The notes beneath the pieces were generated by a model. That model was not told the origin of the DNA and did no database searches. It saw nothing but the letters and a program-made list of their open reading frames with translations. The position numbers and the translations under genes were made by a program. From Chrysemys picta bellii (taxonomy: Eukaryota): 64,000 nt of DNA. Positions 49,593 to 63,292 of the stretch are shown here, piece by piece. The first letter of the stretch is position 1. Every line of letters starts with the position of its first letter. The DNA lies in the NCBI RefSeq assembly GCF_011386835.1, contig NC_088810.1, positions 23,312,001 through 23,376,000 of the forward strand. Direction: 5' to 3'.

Positions 49593-52500
49593 CTAACCAG
49601 CTGTTTTGAATCCTTGTTACTTTCTTTGTCCAAAATAACCCTGTCTCTAAGCAGTATTTAATTTCTATCACTAATGCTTGGGATTTTCAGTCCATTAAAA
49701 TTATAACACAGAACTGAATTATAACACAGAATTATAACACAGAATGGGATAGCATTAATAATGCCATTTTCCTTGTTAGGATGTAACCTCTAACTACAAA
49801 TGAGTTCAGGACAGCATGAAAATGTGTTGGTTTGATGTATAAACCTCAGTGTGTCACCAACACTTGCTGATCAGGGAAGGGAAGTGTTTGGCTTTTTTAA
49901 AAAATCAAAACAAAACACTAAACACCACTTCCTCAGCTGGTATAAATCTTAGTGATCCATTCACTGGAGCTACACTAAGTGAGACCAGATGAGGACCTGC
50001 ACCTATAATCCCTTGTGCATATGAGAAGGTAGCAATTGCCATGCAGGAAGGGACTAGTGGCCCATCCAATGCAGTATCATGTCTGAATGAGTGTCGCTTA
50101 CCAGCTTCTTCAGAAGACAGCAGAAGAAGAACGAATTAAGCCTCTATGGAGGAAATTTAGGGAGTTTCTTCCAAAACCCTACATGAAAAATTGGGGGTGC
50201 GAATTTTCAGAGCTACCAAAGGGATTTGAATGCCCAACTTCCAACTGAAATCAATAGGAACTACTTTCCCAAATGCATCCCTTGCTCTTAAAATCCAACT
50301 CTTAACTTCTAAACCATGAAGAAAGCAATGCCTGCCGCTCAGTAATGGGAAAAATAGTGAGAAAAACAAATCTCTTCCCATTGTTAAGAATCACAAGTGT
50401 GTATGTCTAAGATTCAGTGCTAAATTAAAAGGATCACGAACGCATCATCTGAATGATTCCACAGATAGCGAGTCGAATACGACTTATTCATTTCACAGAG
50501 GAGAATAAGTTAGAGAAGTGGTTAGAAGACTTTGGAATCTTGAGTGTTTTTATCTAGTTTTGTAGACTGCCTGGGTGGACTTCAGAGGCGCTGTGCGCCT
50601 GAACACCTATTTAATTACAAAACAAACTTTGCGTAACTCCTTCAATTGATGTAGTTTTTTCCCCCTCTGCGGTTCTGATGATTAGTTTGTTCCTAACTGC
50701 ACATGGTGTGACATGCACCTTACACCCTGAAACTGTCTTTCATCTTAACATTTTATGGGCCAGCTACATTCCTGCTTTTATTCAACTGACTTCACTGATG
50801 CTGCAATAGGATATATGGAAGCTTAAAATGGTAACTGTCCAATGTAATAGAGAAGCCATGGTGAGTATGTGGCCTATTATCGGGATTTATTTCTGACTCT
50901 GCCACATGCTCCCGATATATTCTTCACCTCTATGTGCTTGTTGACCTCCACATAAATCTGATCTAATATTGACATTGTGCTCAATGATCATAGCTTCCTC
51001 AAATCAAAGGACTTCAAAGTATATCACACTCATTAAAGTTGTCTGTGTCCACTGTGTTGCATTATTTTAATGGGAGAATATTTTTCTTGGGAGTAGATGC
51101 CTCCAAGGTGTGGATTAGACTAATTTTAGAAGTGCATGTTTAGGTTTCTGATGTCATTCCAATAGAGAGTTCATGACTCCTAGCCTCTGAATTTGGGGCT
51201 CTTTGATTTTCATTCAAAAAAGCTTTTCATTTCCCTTTCTTTAAGAAACATTCCTTTGTAAAGCTCAAGGGGCAGATGCTGAGCCCGGGTACATTAGCAC
51301 AGTTCCACACACGTCAATTAACACAGCTGAGGTAAGAAGAAATGGCATTGGGGGGTATTTCGTACTTTACAAAACATTCTAATTACGGCGGAAAAGCTTT
51401 CTGCAGAATGCCCCAGGTTGGTCAAACTTGGAATTAATCCAATCTCCTCTCACAGAAAATTGACCACTGAAGAAGTACTCCTCAACTCTGTCTGTTTTGT
51501 GCTTCTTCCTATGCTTTACAAGCTGAATTCTCTTACAGGACCCAATTCCCTTGGCTGCTCATGAACGGAGATGCAGTAGCTGATGTTTCCCATTGACTTC
51601 ACTGTACATTGGAAGTTGCGGTTGCGGGTGAAAGTGCCGAGTATGCTCAGACAGATGCACTCCACACAAGATTCTCTCTGAACTAACCTAGATAAAGTGC
51701 CTTTCTTCAGTTTGAAGCTGTGCTGGTACACACTGGCTCAACGGCCACCCTTCAACTGTAAAGTAGATGTAAAAGGGAAATGCAAAGGTACCTTGAAGGA
51801 AAATCAAAGAGCCCCAGTTTCCGAGGCTGCGGATTACAAACTGAATACTGGAAGTAAATATTATTACTACTATAATAATACATGTCTTTGGCAGTATAAA
51901 ACTGGATGAGTGGTTATGAAGTGATTTGAAATGCTTAGATCAAAGAAAGCCTCAGACAATCCATTTTGAAAGTTATTATTATATTATTTTCCATAGAGGT
52001 GAATGAAGGTCAGACAGGGAGTGATTGGCAGAGTCGGAAAAAACACACCATAGTTGGAAGTATTCATGCCAAAAATTAACTCCATCTCTTGAACCCCACT
52101 GGACACTTACCGTTCAGTGCTTCCAACTATGTCACTCATCTGAGAGTAACTCTTAGAGAGGCTCATTCTGGAATTTTTCTTATTTTGTTCTGATGATTTT
52201 GGGGGAAATTTTTCGGTGAAACATCTTTTGATCTAAATGTGAACCATAATCAACAATCAAGGGTTTTGCACTCCACTATAACGCCCTTTCTTTGAAGGTG
52301 TTGGTTCAGTGGAGGGTATTTACATTTGAGCAGGTTTAAATTATCTGGCACCAAATTGAATTGAATTGAATTATCTGGTACTACATTTGAATTCCATATG
52401 AAGAGTTTTATTCCTGTACAAAACATGAACAAGCTTGAAACGTACACACTTGTAATTTCTTTGGACAATTATTATCCTCATGTATAAAGAAGGCTATGTT

Positions 52501-54357
52501 AAAGAGACGACTTACCCTGTACCTCATTTCACAAATCTGAAAGAATTCATTACCATTGGGTCACTATGACCCATGAGAGAGATGTGTTTCCAGGGACAGA
52601 AAAAGTAGCACACATGCTGCACTTGGCGACTCTGTCCCAATGGTTGACATGCCTTAAAGCAAGTTTTTGAAGCTTGAATTATACATTGGGATTTACAATG
52701 TTATCATACGCATGGAAAAGAAATTAACCGACTTGTAATTCCTGTGGTGAAGTATTGTAATAATGTATAAAGGAGATACAGGTAAAGTGGACCAAAATTA
52801 GCCAGGTTCTTTTATCGTTGATGCTTAGATCCAAGGGTGCACACATTTTTTAACAAGACATATTGCAAACCTTATCTTCTAAAAGAGTGTAGCAGGGATG
52901 AAGCACGTGCTTAGCCTGTGGTGGGAGGAGTCAGAAGTATTGGGTTGTATTTCTGTTTCTGCAACTCACACCCGTGCAACCTTCACCTCAATGTGCTTCT
53001 TTTTTCTATACCCATAAAAAAGGATGTTAAGTAAGGGTGTTAAGACTGGAAATTGTTCAGCGTTCTTAGAACTCAAGATATCAAAGCATCTGAGAACACT
53101 CATTGCTGTTTCGTAAATGCGATTGTATTCTTAGAATATTATTAAATCATTTTGGAATTAGATGCCTCTGCATTGACTAATAGAATCACGTAAAAAAATA
53201 GAGGTCAAGATCTCTCATCTCATTCTTTTAATAAGGACAAGATTTAAAGCTACAGCATTTGGGGATGTTTCATTTTCATTCTAATGTAATTTTGGTATTT
53301 TTAAATTATTTTTATAGGAAAAGGAAGGTGCTCTCTTGATGTAAATCAGCAGAGTTGCTTCATCTTCAAAGCGATTCAGGGCCTGAAAATCAAAGGAAGA
53401 TATTTCTGCCTTCTTCCCGGATACAGAGGCACTCCTGGAGATACAGTTTACACTTAAAACAACATTCCAGTTCTTGCAGGATTGTTTTCTGCAACATGGC
53501 CTATAGCTGGTCAGATTTTATGTCATATCTCATCCCACAGCACTCTCCTCCTTTACTAAGACTCCATGATTTCAACCTCTCCTGGGCTTCTTCCAGGCTT
53601 CGTCAGCTGCATTATCTTGCAAGACCTCAGTTTCTTGTCAGCTCAGTCACAGAGAGACGGTTTCTGAGGGAGTACAAGTTTCACAGCTTAACTCAAAACC
53701 TTTCTGTAGAAGAGCACTGCTTCCTTTCACTCCCTACCGTCCCTTCCCCCGACCCATAAGTAAATCAACTCTAGGCATCCCTCTGAGACAGCATTGGTGA
53801 CACAAGTGGAGGTCCAATGCTAGGTCAGATTTGAATAACTGTAGAGTGAAATTCACTCCCAGGCAGAGGGTCATCAGAAAGGCTCGTACTATACTTAAGT
53901 CCTTGCTAAGATGTAGTTTGAAAGTTTAAAGTAGAACTAAAGTTTTCCATAGGCATTGTTCTATCCCCCTGCCAAAGGGTGAATTTGAGACTGAAGGCCA
54001 TGGAATATTTCCGATTGATTACGAAGGGAATTGGATCTGAGATGGGGATGGAGGTCGTGAGAATGCAGAAAAATAGCTCTCTGCTTCCTAGCAAGTTTAT
54101 AACGAAATGTCCAGTGCCCCTAACAATGACCTGTATGAACTGAAAGGGGATATCTGCTCATGACAGCCAGTTGTGCTACTGATGCAGTCCTGAATCACCT
54201 TGACATGCATTCTCATTCCACCACCAAGAAAGTCAGTGGAATGACACAACGAATGCAGACTGCAACGTGCATTATTAGGATTATCCCAGTAATCCCAAAC
54301 CCTGAGAAAACAGCATGTTCAAAAGGAGGATTTACCGAGGCAATCAAGTTTGTTTGG

Positions 54358-54493
54358 TAGCTAATTGGGACCTCCTGTAAGAGACGCATCACAAATCCTC
54401 CAGGCAGTCCTAGAAACTGTATAAAAGCATTCACGGCTCAGATCTCTTCTAAAGGCTTCTTTGGACTTCATCCCCTCGGTGAACTGGGTAAGT
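54358..54493 (+). promoter_or_regulatory. CBP promoter module
   Basis: TAGCTAATTGG at 54358, TATA at 54420, donor at 54488-54493. Confidence 0.8.
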
Positions 54494-55541
54494 CCGATTC
54501 GACTCACTCTCTTTCTAACCCAAGAGCTGTCACAGCAGGGTCCATTTTCATTTAAGACACAATCTTGCACATTCTCTCTGTGATTTTTAACAGGGAATAG
54601 GGTGTTCTTCCATAATTATCTTGTGTAATTTGAAGCCAAAGTTGGGGATTTTAGGAGCACCATATGCAACCAGGAAACATATTTCCTATTCACTGGATAT
54701 AGAATTAGGGCATTTAAATCTTTAAAGTAACATAAGAAAGTCCCTCAGCCATTTTTAGCTTGGATAGATTAGGAAGAAACTTTGCCACCTTCATCCATAA
54801 ATGGGCAATTCAGGGGTTTTCTTTATTCTGAAGTAGCTGTTACTCTTAACTATTGGAGCCAGGAGAATTATTAAGGTGACAACTGGTGTGATCCAGTTTA
54901 GCAATTTCTACATTCTTATGAACAGAAATACCCATTGAAGATGCTTTTCCTCAGATTGTGTAATTTATTGTTACTCCATGAAAGCCATTTTACCAGAGTA
55001 AAAGGTCTGAGGATCTTGTCCTTAGTGATTTATTTGGAGAAAGGAAAAGTTTCTGTTCCTTCATTAGCAAGTATTGGTGACTCCCAAGGTTTAGAAAACC
55101 AAAGAGCCACACCCTGACACTGGACACAACGGGTTTGCATGCAGAGGTTGAATATTCAAAGGAAAGGAAAAGATCAGCATTATCCCAGCCATGTTCTCTT
55201 TGAGAAATGGCTATAATGGATACAGCATACCAGGTATCCTTCAAAGAAATAATGACACTTATTCCAGGTGGTGTTTATCAGACAGGTCATTGAGAGGGTT
55301 TCAAAGGGGACAATTGGGAGGTAAGTTTAGTGGGAGTGGATAAAAGGCATAGAAATAGGAAATAGGAACAAAAACATAGCCACAAATATAGGGTCTAAGT
55401 GCACTCCTCCTCTCTCTCTCGGGCCCCACGTAGACCTCACTACTATAGTAACTGAGGTTTGAGTCCTTTCCACTGTCATTGGAACCTTTTCTTTCCTCTA
55501 TTCCCTGTTGTGTGTTTCAGGTTTATCTAAATCACAGAAAG

Positions 55542-56048
55542 ATGTCTTGCTCCAGCCTGTGCTATCCAGAATGCGGGGTGGCCCGACCCAGTCCAGTTTC
55601 TGGCAGCTGCAACGAGCCATGCGTTAGGCAGTGCCCTGACTCTGAAGTCATCATCAGACCATCACCGGTTGTTGTAACCATCCCAGGACCAATTCTCAGC
55701 AATTTCCCCCAGCAGAGTGAAGTGGGAGCCGTTGGAGCACCTGTGGTCGGAGCAGGCTACGGGGGCTCATTCGGTTTAGGGGGATTGTACGGCTAAGGAG
55801 GCCATTACGGAGGATTGTATGGTTATGGGGGATTAGGTGGTTACGGGGGCCATTATGGTTATGGGGGATTGAGTGGTTACGGGGGATTGTGTGGTTACGG
55901 GGGCCGTTATGGTTATGGAGGATTGAGTGGTTACGGCGGCCGTTATGGTGGATTGTGTGGTTACGGGGGAGGTTACGGTTACGGGGGAGCATGCGGTTCT
56001 GGGGTATCTTGCCATAGGTACCTGAGTGGAAGCTGTACACCATGTTAA
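55542..56048 (+). pseudogene. CBP copy with a single in-frame nonsense codon (TAA at 55794-55796); would give an 84-aa tail-less protein
   Basis: Paralog GGC TAT GGA reads GGC TAA GGA here. The downstream tail stays in frame to the normal stop at 56048. TATA (54420), donor (54488) and acceptor (55519-55520) are intact. Confidence 0.85.
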
Positions 56049-58194
56049 ACCCTGCAGGAATATCAATGGTAAAAGAACAAACCAGGAAATGAACAACAAG
56101 CTAGAGATTCAGACAGAGATTTCAGAAGTGCTGGGCAGGCATGGCTCCACTTGAATTCAATGCGAACTGTGTCTGCTCAGCCCCTTTATCTCATTGACCG
56201 ATTGCTAATATCATGCTCATAAACTCTTTCTGCCAATGCTTTCCCAACCACCTGCTTATTCTCCTAGTCACATGTGGACTCATTCTGAATTACACTCAGG
56301 CTGTTTGCACTAACCCCGCAGTGTGAAGGAAACAGGGGCCTTAACACAGGTATCAGTTGTACTTCTTATCACTTTAATTTGTTTGTCCAACTCTGTACCT
56401 GCAGCAAAGGAAAAAGAACATCTTGCCTCAAATGCATCCCAAGGAAGCGGGTGATCGGTCCCAGACCTTTTGGAAATATTTGAAATAAATCCTTTCTGCT
56501 CTGTATTATTTCTTTCTGTAACTGTGAATTGCAAATTTCATTCTCATTAAAAACTATGCTGCATCATAATATTGATCTTCTGGTTCTCCTTGTTCCTCCC
56601 TCCTTGTTTAAAAATCTTGCTGAAGGAAATTCCTCCCTGTATAGCCGGCAGCACCAGGAACTTCTAAGTTGCAACTTTTGAAGGCATGGAGTGATAGGAG
56701 AATAAAGCCCTTAAAGTGGTTCAAAGCATTATTCAGGCCATCTGCACAGGGATGGAGTTCTTCCTTGCATTATCCATGTAGCAAAAAGCCTTTTCCTGCT
56801 AAGACTTACACAGTTTTTCAATTTAAAATGTCAATATTTCCTTCGATTTCAAAAAGACCAATCACATAGTTCGTGGAAAGTGTCTGTGTTAATCTTCGCT
56901 GGATAGCGACCCAGATTTTCAGAAGGAAAAGAAAATTGGCCATCCCTAAAGACAAATTACACTACACCAAAGTCAGGATCTTCATTGTGATATCAAGAGA
57001 TTAGTACACTGACCAGTACTTCAATACAGGAATCTCATGGTTTTTTAGGAAACTGTTCCTCACTGCACTCCATACAAACCCCCCGGGTGCACCATAGCTT
57101 GATATTGCAGGAACTGCACATACCAAGACTGCATTTTCTTCAACATTTTCATGGCTCATTTTCATAAGACGTTATGGTGGACTGTGTGGTTACGGAGGAG
57201 GTTACGGGGGAGGTTACGGTTATGGGGGAGCATGCGGTTCCGGGGTATCTTGCCTCAGCAGTCAGGAATCTCCTTTGTGATATGAAGAGATTAGTACACT
57301 GACCAGTACTTCAGTATAAGAATCGAATGGTTTTTTAGGAAGCTGTTCCTCACTGCACTCCATAGTACCATTTTTATACAAACTCAGCGGGTGCACCATA
57401 ACTTGATATTGCAGGAACTGCACATACCAAGATTGCATTTTCTACCATGTTTTTCTTCAACATGTTCATGGCTCACAGTGCCCAGAAGATGAATATTTTC
57501 CACTGATCACATTTTTGATTTGACAACACAAAAGGAAAAATGTATCCAGACCTTCCTGGCTCTTCACTGACATGATGTAATACTCACATAGTGAGGGGAG
57601 ATTTAGCCATCTGCCACCGGGTTTTATTTAAGGGCAATACAGCTCTATTCCTCAATGTCAGAATACACCTAATGACCCCTCCTTGGAATGGAAGAACACA
57701 GGCATTGCTGCAGCAAATCAGGCCTCTCTCCCACAGTGGTGAGTGCCAGAGGCTTCACAGGGAGGTGCAAGAAACCCCGTAGAACACAGGTATGGGATCA
57801 CCTGCCCATAGAGGAACTTTTTCATTATCCCCCGTCAATCCGATCTACCTCCATTATTGGATGATACCCTGAAGCACAAGAGTTTATATCCTTGCCAAGC
57901 TTGTAGAAATGCAGTAAATCCATCTCAGTCGGAATTTGCTCCAGAGTATTGCAAGCACCATTCTCTCTGCATCACCGAGGCCCACTATGTTGATAATAGA
58001 GGAAGCAAATAGCCAGGCAGGCATTAGAAGAAAGACCCATCATTTGCAGAGGTGTTGGTTAAATGCAGCTCTTTTACTATTTCACAAAGAGTTTGGTGTA
58101 CTCAGCAATTCTCAAAGCTAGGGCTATGCGCTAAAAACTCAATCTGCATCTTGCTGTTCATTTCCTGGTTCTTCCTTTTTCTTTGGATATGCCT

Positions 58195-58597
58195 ACTGGG
58201 TTTACCTATGGCCCCATCACCACCCCCACAACCCTATATTCCTCCCACAACCATATGGTACCTTGTAACCATAGAATCTCTCCTAACCATATGGACCCCG
58301 ATAACCATGTCATGTCCCATAACCACAGGGACCCCCCCAACCATATAAGCCTCCATAACGTTATAAGGCTCTATCACCACATACACCCCCATCACCACCT
58401 CCAATGTCAGCTGCTGCTGAAGATCCCACTACGCTTTCCTGAGGGAAAGAACTGAGAATTGGTCCTCAGAAGGTCATGACAGCGAGGGGTGGTTGGATCA
58501 GCAGTGTGGGCTCAGGGCACGACTTATGTAAGGCCTGTTGAAGCTGTCCACACGTGCCTTGTGGAGTGTCACTCCACGCATTTGTGAAACAAGACAT
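58195..58597 (-). pseudogene. Duplicate of the 48905-49308 divergent CBP pseudogene
   Basis: Near-identical sequence inside the 9.3 kb tandem duplication. ATG at 58597; end coordinate approximate. Confidence 0.8.
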
Positions 58598-58775
58598 CTT
58601 TCTGCCGCGGAGATAAATCTGAGACACATAGCAGGGAAGAAATAAATTTTATTTCATTTATTTATTTAAAAAAAAATTAATTTAAGACAGTAGTTTTATG
58701 TGTGTGGCAAGTGGAATAAAAATTTTTATATTGAGCACCTAATTCAATTGAAGTCACATAGACACCTACAGAGAG

Positions 58776-58776
<1 letters not shown>

Positions 58777-58862
<86 letters not shown>

Positions 58863-58863
58863 A
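58777..58863 (+). repeat. (GAAA)n microsatellite, about 21 units
   Basis: Duplicate of 49506-49592. Confidence 0.95.
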
Positions 58864-61800
58864 CCAGCTGTTTTGAATCCTTGTTACTTTCTTTGTCCGA
58901 AATAACCCTGTCTCTAAGCAGTATTTAATTTCTATCACTAATGCTTGGGATTTTCAGTCCATTAAAATTATAACACAGAACTTGGCTGGGATAGCATTAA
59001 TAATGCCATTTTCCTTGTTAGGATGTAACCTCTAACTAGAAATGAGTTCAGGACAGCATGAAAATGTGTTGGTTTGATGTATTAACCTCAGTGTGTCACC
59101 AACACTTGCTGATCAAGGAAGGGAAGTGTTTGGCTTTTTAAAAAATCAAAACAAAACACTAAACACCACTTCCTCAGCTGGTATAAATCTTAGTGATCCA
59201 TTCACTGGAGCTACACTAAGTGAGACCAGATGAGGACCTGCACCTATAATCCCTTGTTCATATGAGAAGGTAGCAATTGCCATGCAGGAAGGGACTAGTG
59301 GCCCATCCAATGCAGTATCATGTTTCAGTGAATGTCGCTTACCAGCTTCTTCAGAAGACAGCAGAAGAAGAACGAATTAAGCCTCTATGGAGGAAATTTA
59401 GGGAGTTTCTTCCAAAACCCTACATGAAAAATTGGGGGTGCGAATTTTCAGAGCTACCAAAGGGATTTGAATGCCCAAGTTCCAACTGAAATCAATAGGA
59501 ACTACTTTCCCAAATGCATCCCTTGCTCTTAAAATCCAACTCTTAATTTCTAAACCATGAAGAAAGCAATGCCTGCCGCTCAGTAATGGGAAAAATAGTG
59601 AGAATAACAAATCTTTTCCCATTGTTAAGAATCACAAGCGTGTATGTCTAAGATTCAGTGCTAAATTAAAAGGATCACGAACGCATCATCTGAATGATTC
59701 CACAGATAGCGAGTCGAATACGACTTATTCATTTCACAGAGGAGAATAAGTTAGAGAAGTGGTTAGAAGACTTTGGAATCTTGAGTGTTTTTATCTAGTT
59801 TTGTAGACTGCCTGGGTGGACTTCAGAGGCGCTGTGCGCCTGAACACCTATTTAATTACAAAACAAACTTTGCGTAACTCCTTCAATTGATGTAGTTTTT
59901 TCCCCCTCTGCGGTTCTGATGATTAGTTTGTTCCTAACTGCACATGGTGTGACATGCACCTTACACCCTGAAACTGTCTTTCATCTTAAAATTTTATGGG
60001 CCAGCTACATTCCTGCTTTTATTCAACTGACTTCACTGATGCTGCAATAGGATATATGGAAGCTTAAAATGGTAACTGTACAATGTAATAGAGAAGCCAT
60101 GGTGAGTATGTGGCCTATTATCGGGATTTATTTCTGACTCTGCCACATGCTCCCGATATATTCTTCACCTCTATGTGCTTGTTGACCTCCACATAAATCT
60201 GATCTAATATTGACATTGTGCTCAATGATCATAGCTTCCTCAAATCAAAGGACTTCAAAGTATATCACACTCATTAGGTTTCTGATGTCATTCCAATAGA
60301 GAGTTCATGACTCCTAGCCTCTGAATTTGGGGCTCTTTGATTTTCATTCAAAAAAGCTTTTCATTTCCCTTTCTTTAAGAAACATTCCTTTGTAAAGCTC
60401 AAGGGGCAGATGCTGAGCCCGGGTACATTAGAGCAATTCCACATACGTCAATTGAGGGAAGGCATTGACACAGCTGAGGTAAGAAGAAATGGCATTGGGG
60501 GGTATTTCGTACTTTACAAAACATTCTAATTACGGCGGAAAAGCTTTCTGCAGAATGCCCCAGGTTGGTCAAACTTGGAATTAATCCAATCTCCTCTCAC
60601 AGCAAGTTGACCACAGAAGAAGTACTCCTCAACTCTGTCTGTTTTGTGCTTCTTCCTATGCTTTACAAGCTGAATTCTCTTACAGGACCCAATTCCCTTG
60701 GCTGCTCATGAACGGAGATGCAGTAGCTGATGTTTCCCATTGACTTCACTGTACATTGGAAGTTGCGGTTGCGGTTGAAAGTGCCGAGTATGCTCAGACA
60801 GATGCACTCCACACAAGATTCTCTCTGAACTAACCTGGATAAAGTGCCTTTCTTCAGTTTGAAGCTGTGATGGTACACACTGGCTCAACGGCCACCCTTC
60901 AACTGTAAAGTAGATGTAAAAGGGAAATGCAAAGGTACCTTGAAGGAAAATCAAAGAGCCCCAATTTCAGAGGCTGCGAATTGCAAACTGAATACTGGAA
61001 GTAAATATTATTACTACTATAATAATACATGTCTTTGGCAGTATAAAACTGGATGAGTGGTTATGAAGTGCTTTGAAATGCTTAGATCAAAGAAAGCCTC
61101 AGACAATCCATTTTGAAAGTTATTATTATATTATTTTCCATAGAGGTGAATGAAGGTCAGACAGGGAGTGATTGGCAGAGTCGGAAAAAACACGCCATAG
61201 TTGGAAGTATTCATGTCAAAAACTTAACTCCATCTCTTGAACCCCACTGGACACTTACCGTTCAGTGCTTCCAACTATGTCACTCATCTGAGAGGAACTC
61301 TTAGAGAGGCTCATTCTGGAATTTTTCTTAGTTTGTTCTGATGATTTTTGGGGAAATTTTTCGGTGAAACATCTTTTGATCTAAATGTGAACCATAATCA
61401 ACAATCAAGGGTTTTGCACTCCACTATAACGCCCTTTCTTTGAAGGTGTTGGTTCAGTGGAGGGTATTTACATTTGAGCAGGTTTAAATTATCTGGCACC
61501 AAATTGAATTGAATTGAATTATCTGGTACTACATTTGAATTAAATATGAAGAGTTTTATTCCTGTACAAAACATGAACAAGCTTGAAACGTACACACTTG
61601 TAATTTCTTTGGACAATTATTATCCTCATGTATAAAGAAGGCTATGTTAAAGAGACGACTTACCCTGTACCTCATTTCACAGATCTGAAAGAATTCATTA
61701 CCATTGGGTCACTTTGACCCATGAGAGAGATGTGTTTCCAAGGACAGAAAAAGTAGCACACATGCCACAGTTGGCGACTCTGTCCCAATGGTTGACATGC

Positions 61801-63292
61801 CTTAAAGCAAGTTTTTGAAGCTTGAATTATACATTGGGATTTACAATGTTATCATACGCATGGAAAAGAAATTAACCGACTTGTAATTCCTGTGGTGAAG
61901 TATTGTAATAATGTATAAAGGAGATACAGGTAAAGTGGACCAAAATTAGCCAGGTTTTTTATCGTTGATGCTTAGATCCAAGGATGCACACATTCTTTAA
62001 CAAGACATATTGCAAACCTTATCTTCTAAAAGAGTGTAGCAGGGATGAAGCACGTGCTTAGCCTGTGGTGGGAGGAGTCAGAAGTATTGGGTTGTATTTC
62101 TGTTTCTGCAACTCACACCCGTGCAACCTTCACCTCAATGTGCTTCTTTTTTTATACCTATAAAACTGGGATAGTAAGGATGTTAAGACTGGAAATTGTT
62201 CAGCGTTCTTAGAACTCAAGATATCAAAGCACCTAAGAACACTCATTGGTGTTTCGTAAATGCGATTGTATTTTTAGAATATTATTAAATATTTTTGGGA
62301 TTAGATGCCTCTGCATTGACTAATAGAATCACGTAAAAAAATAGAGGTCAAGATCTCTCATCTCATTCTTTTAATAAGGACAAGATTTAAAGCTACAGCA
62401 TTTGGGGATTGTTTTCTGCAACATGGCCTATAGCTGGTCAGATTTTATGTCATATCTCATACCACAGCACTCTCCTCCTTTACCAAGACTCCATGATTTC
62501 AACCTCTCCTGGGCTTCTTCCAGGCTTCGTCAGCTGCATTATCTTGCAAGACCTCAGTTTCTTGTCAGCTCAGTCACAGAGAGACGGTTTCTGAGGTAGT
62601 ACAACTTTCACAGCTTAACTCAAAACCTTTCTGTAGAAGAGCACTGCTTCCTTTCACTCCCTACCATCCCTTCCCCTGACCCATAAGTAAATCAACTCTA
62701 GGCATCCCTCTGAGACAGCATTGGTGACACAAGTGGAGGTCCAATCCTAGGTCAGATTTGAATAACTGTAGAGTGAAATTCACTCCCAGGCAGAGGGTCA
62801 TCAGAAAGGCTCGTACTATACTTAAGTCCTTGCTAAGATGTAGTTTGAAAGTTTAAAGTAGAACTAAAGTTTTCCATAGGCATTGTTCTATCCCCCTGCC
62901 AAAGGGTGAATTTGAGACTGAAGGCCATGGAATATTTCCGATTGATTACGAAGGGAATTGGATCTGAGATGGGGATGGAGGTCGTGAGAATGCAGAAAAA
63001 TAGATCTCTGCTTCCTAGCAAGATTATAATGAAATATCCCGTGCCCCTAACAATGACCTGTATGAACTGAAAGGACCAAAGGGGATATCTGCTCATGACA
63101 GCCAGTTGTGCTACTGATGCAGTCCTGAATCACCTTGACATGCATTCTCATTCCACCACCAAGAAAGTCAGTGGAATGACACAACGAATGCAGACTGCAA
63201 CGTGCATTCTTAGGATTATCCCAGTAATCCCAAACCCTGAGAAAACAGCATGTTCAAAAGGAGGATTTACCGAGGCAATCAAGTTTGTTTGG

